Assembly: GCF_011386835.1 (NCBI RefSeq)
Contig: NC_088807.1
Span: forward strand, 19,220,001 to 19,284,000
DNA length: 64,000 nt
Direction of reading: 5' to 3'
DNA from: Chrysemys picta bellii
Lineage: Eukaryota
The notes beneath the pieces are model-generated. The model was given only the letters and a program-made list of their open reading frames with translations, was not told where the DNA came from and ran no database searches. A program made the translations under genes and the position numbers. Below, in pieces: positions 63,679 to 64,000 of this stretch; within the stretch, counting starts at the first letter, position 1, and each line of letters starts with the position of its first letter.

Positions 63679-64000
63679 GTCGCCCCCTGCTGGAGAGGAA
63701 GAGTCCCTCTCCGTGTGTATGCGTGAGTGCAAGCAAACTATCTGCCCTCTGCTGGCTGCGGTCGGATTTCTCTGACACCGTATCCTATGCACCGTACTGC
63801 TCCCGACTGAGGGGGATTCTCTATTCACCTAAAGGGCAGGGGCTGGAGCTTTACAAATGGGAGGCAGTGGCCCGTACCCCACTGTCGCTGAGCAGGATGT
63901 GGGAGGGGGATGGTACCGTCACCCCTATCCGAGGCCCTAACGTGACTATCCCAGGATATTCGGGCCCCCGGGTCACCGGAAACTGAACTGTGAATCTTCC

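Overview
This is GC-rich, repeat-dense vertebrate genomic DNA, probably from a turtle or related reptile microchromosome. The organism call is an inference from the hAT/MITE elements and the GAGAACCCAGGAGTCCTGGCTCCC repeat family. There are two 500-N scaffold gaps (5973-6472, 48123-48622). Hand-spliced gene models, left to right: MAMSTR first coding exon (-); RASIP1 (-, nine frameshifts, part lost in gap 1); COX6B2-like (-, intact); GARIN5B/FAM71E2-like (-, ~1300 aa with coding VNTRs); TMEM238 (+); TMEM190-like (-). After an ~8 kb spacer and gap 2, the block 26536-40486 recurs in inverted orientation (48623-64000), giving second copies of TMEM190, TMEM238 and GARIN5B exons 1-8. The arms differ by SNPs and VNTR lengths. 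This is either a real palindrome of sperm-associated genes or a mis-scaffolded alternate haplotype, and sequence alone cannot decide. Also present are a 1.65 kb palindromic hAT element with a perfect 8-bp TSD, two MITEs, many minisatellites and many CTCF-consensus motifs. Almost all long ORFs in the supplied track are artefacts of stop-poor GC-rich repeats.
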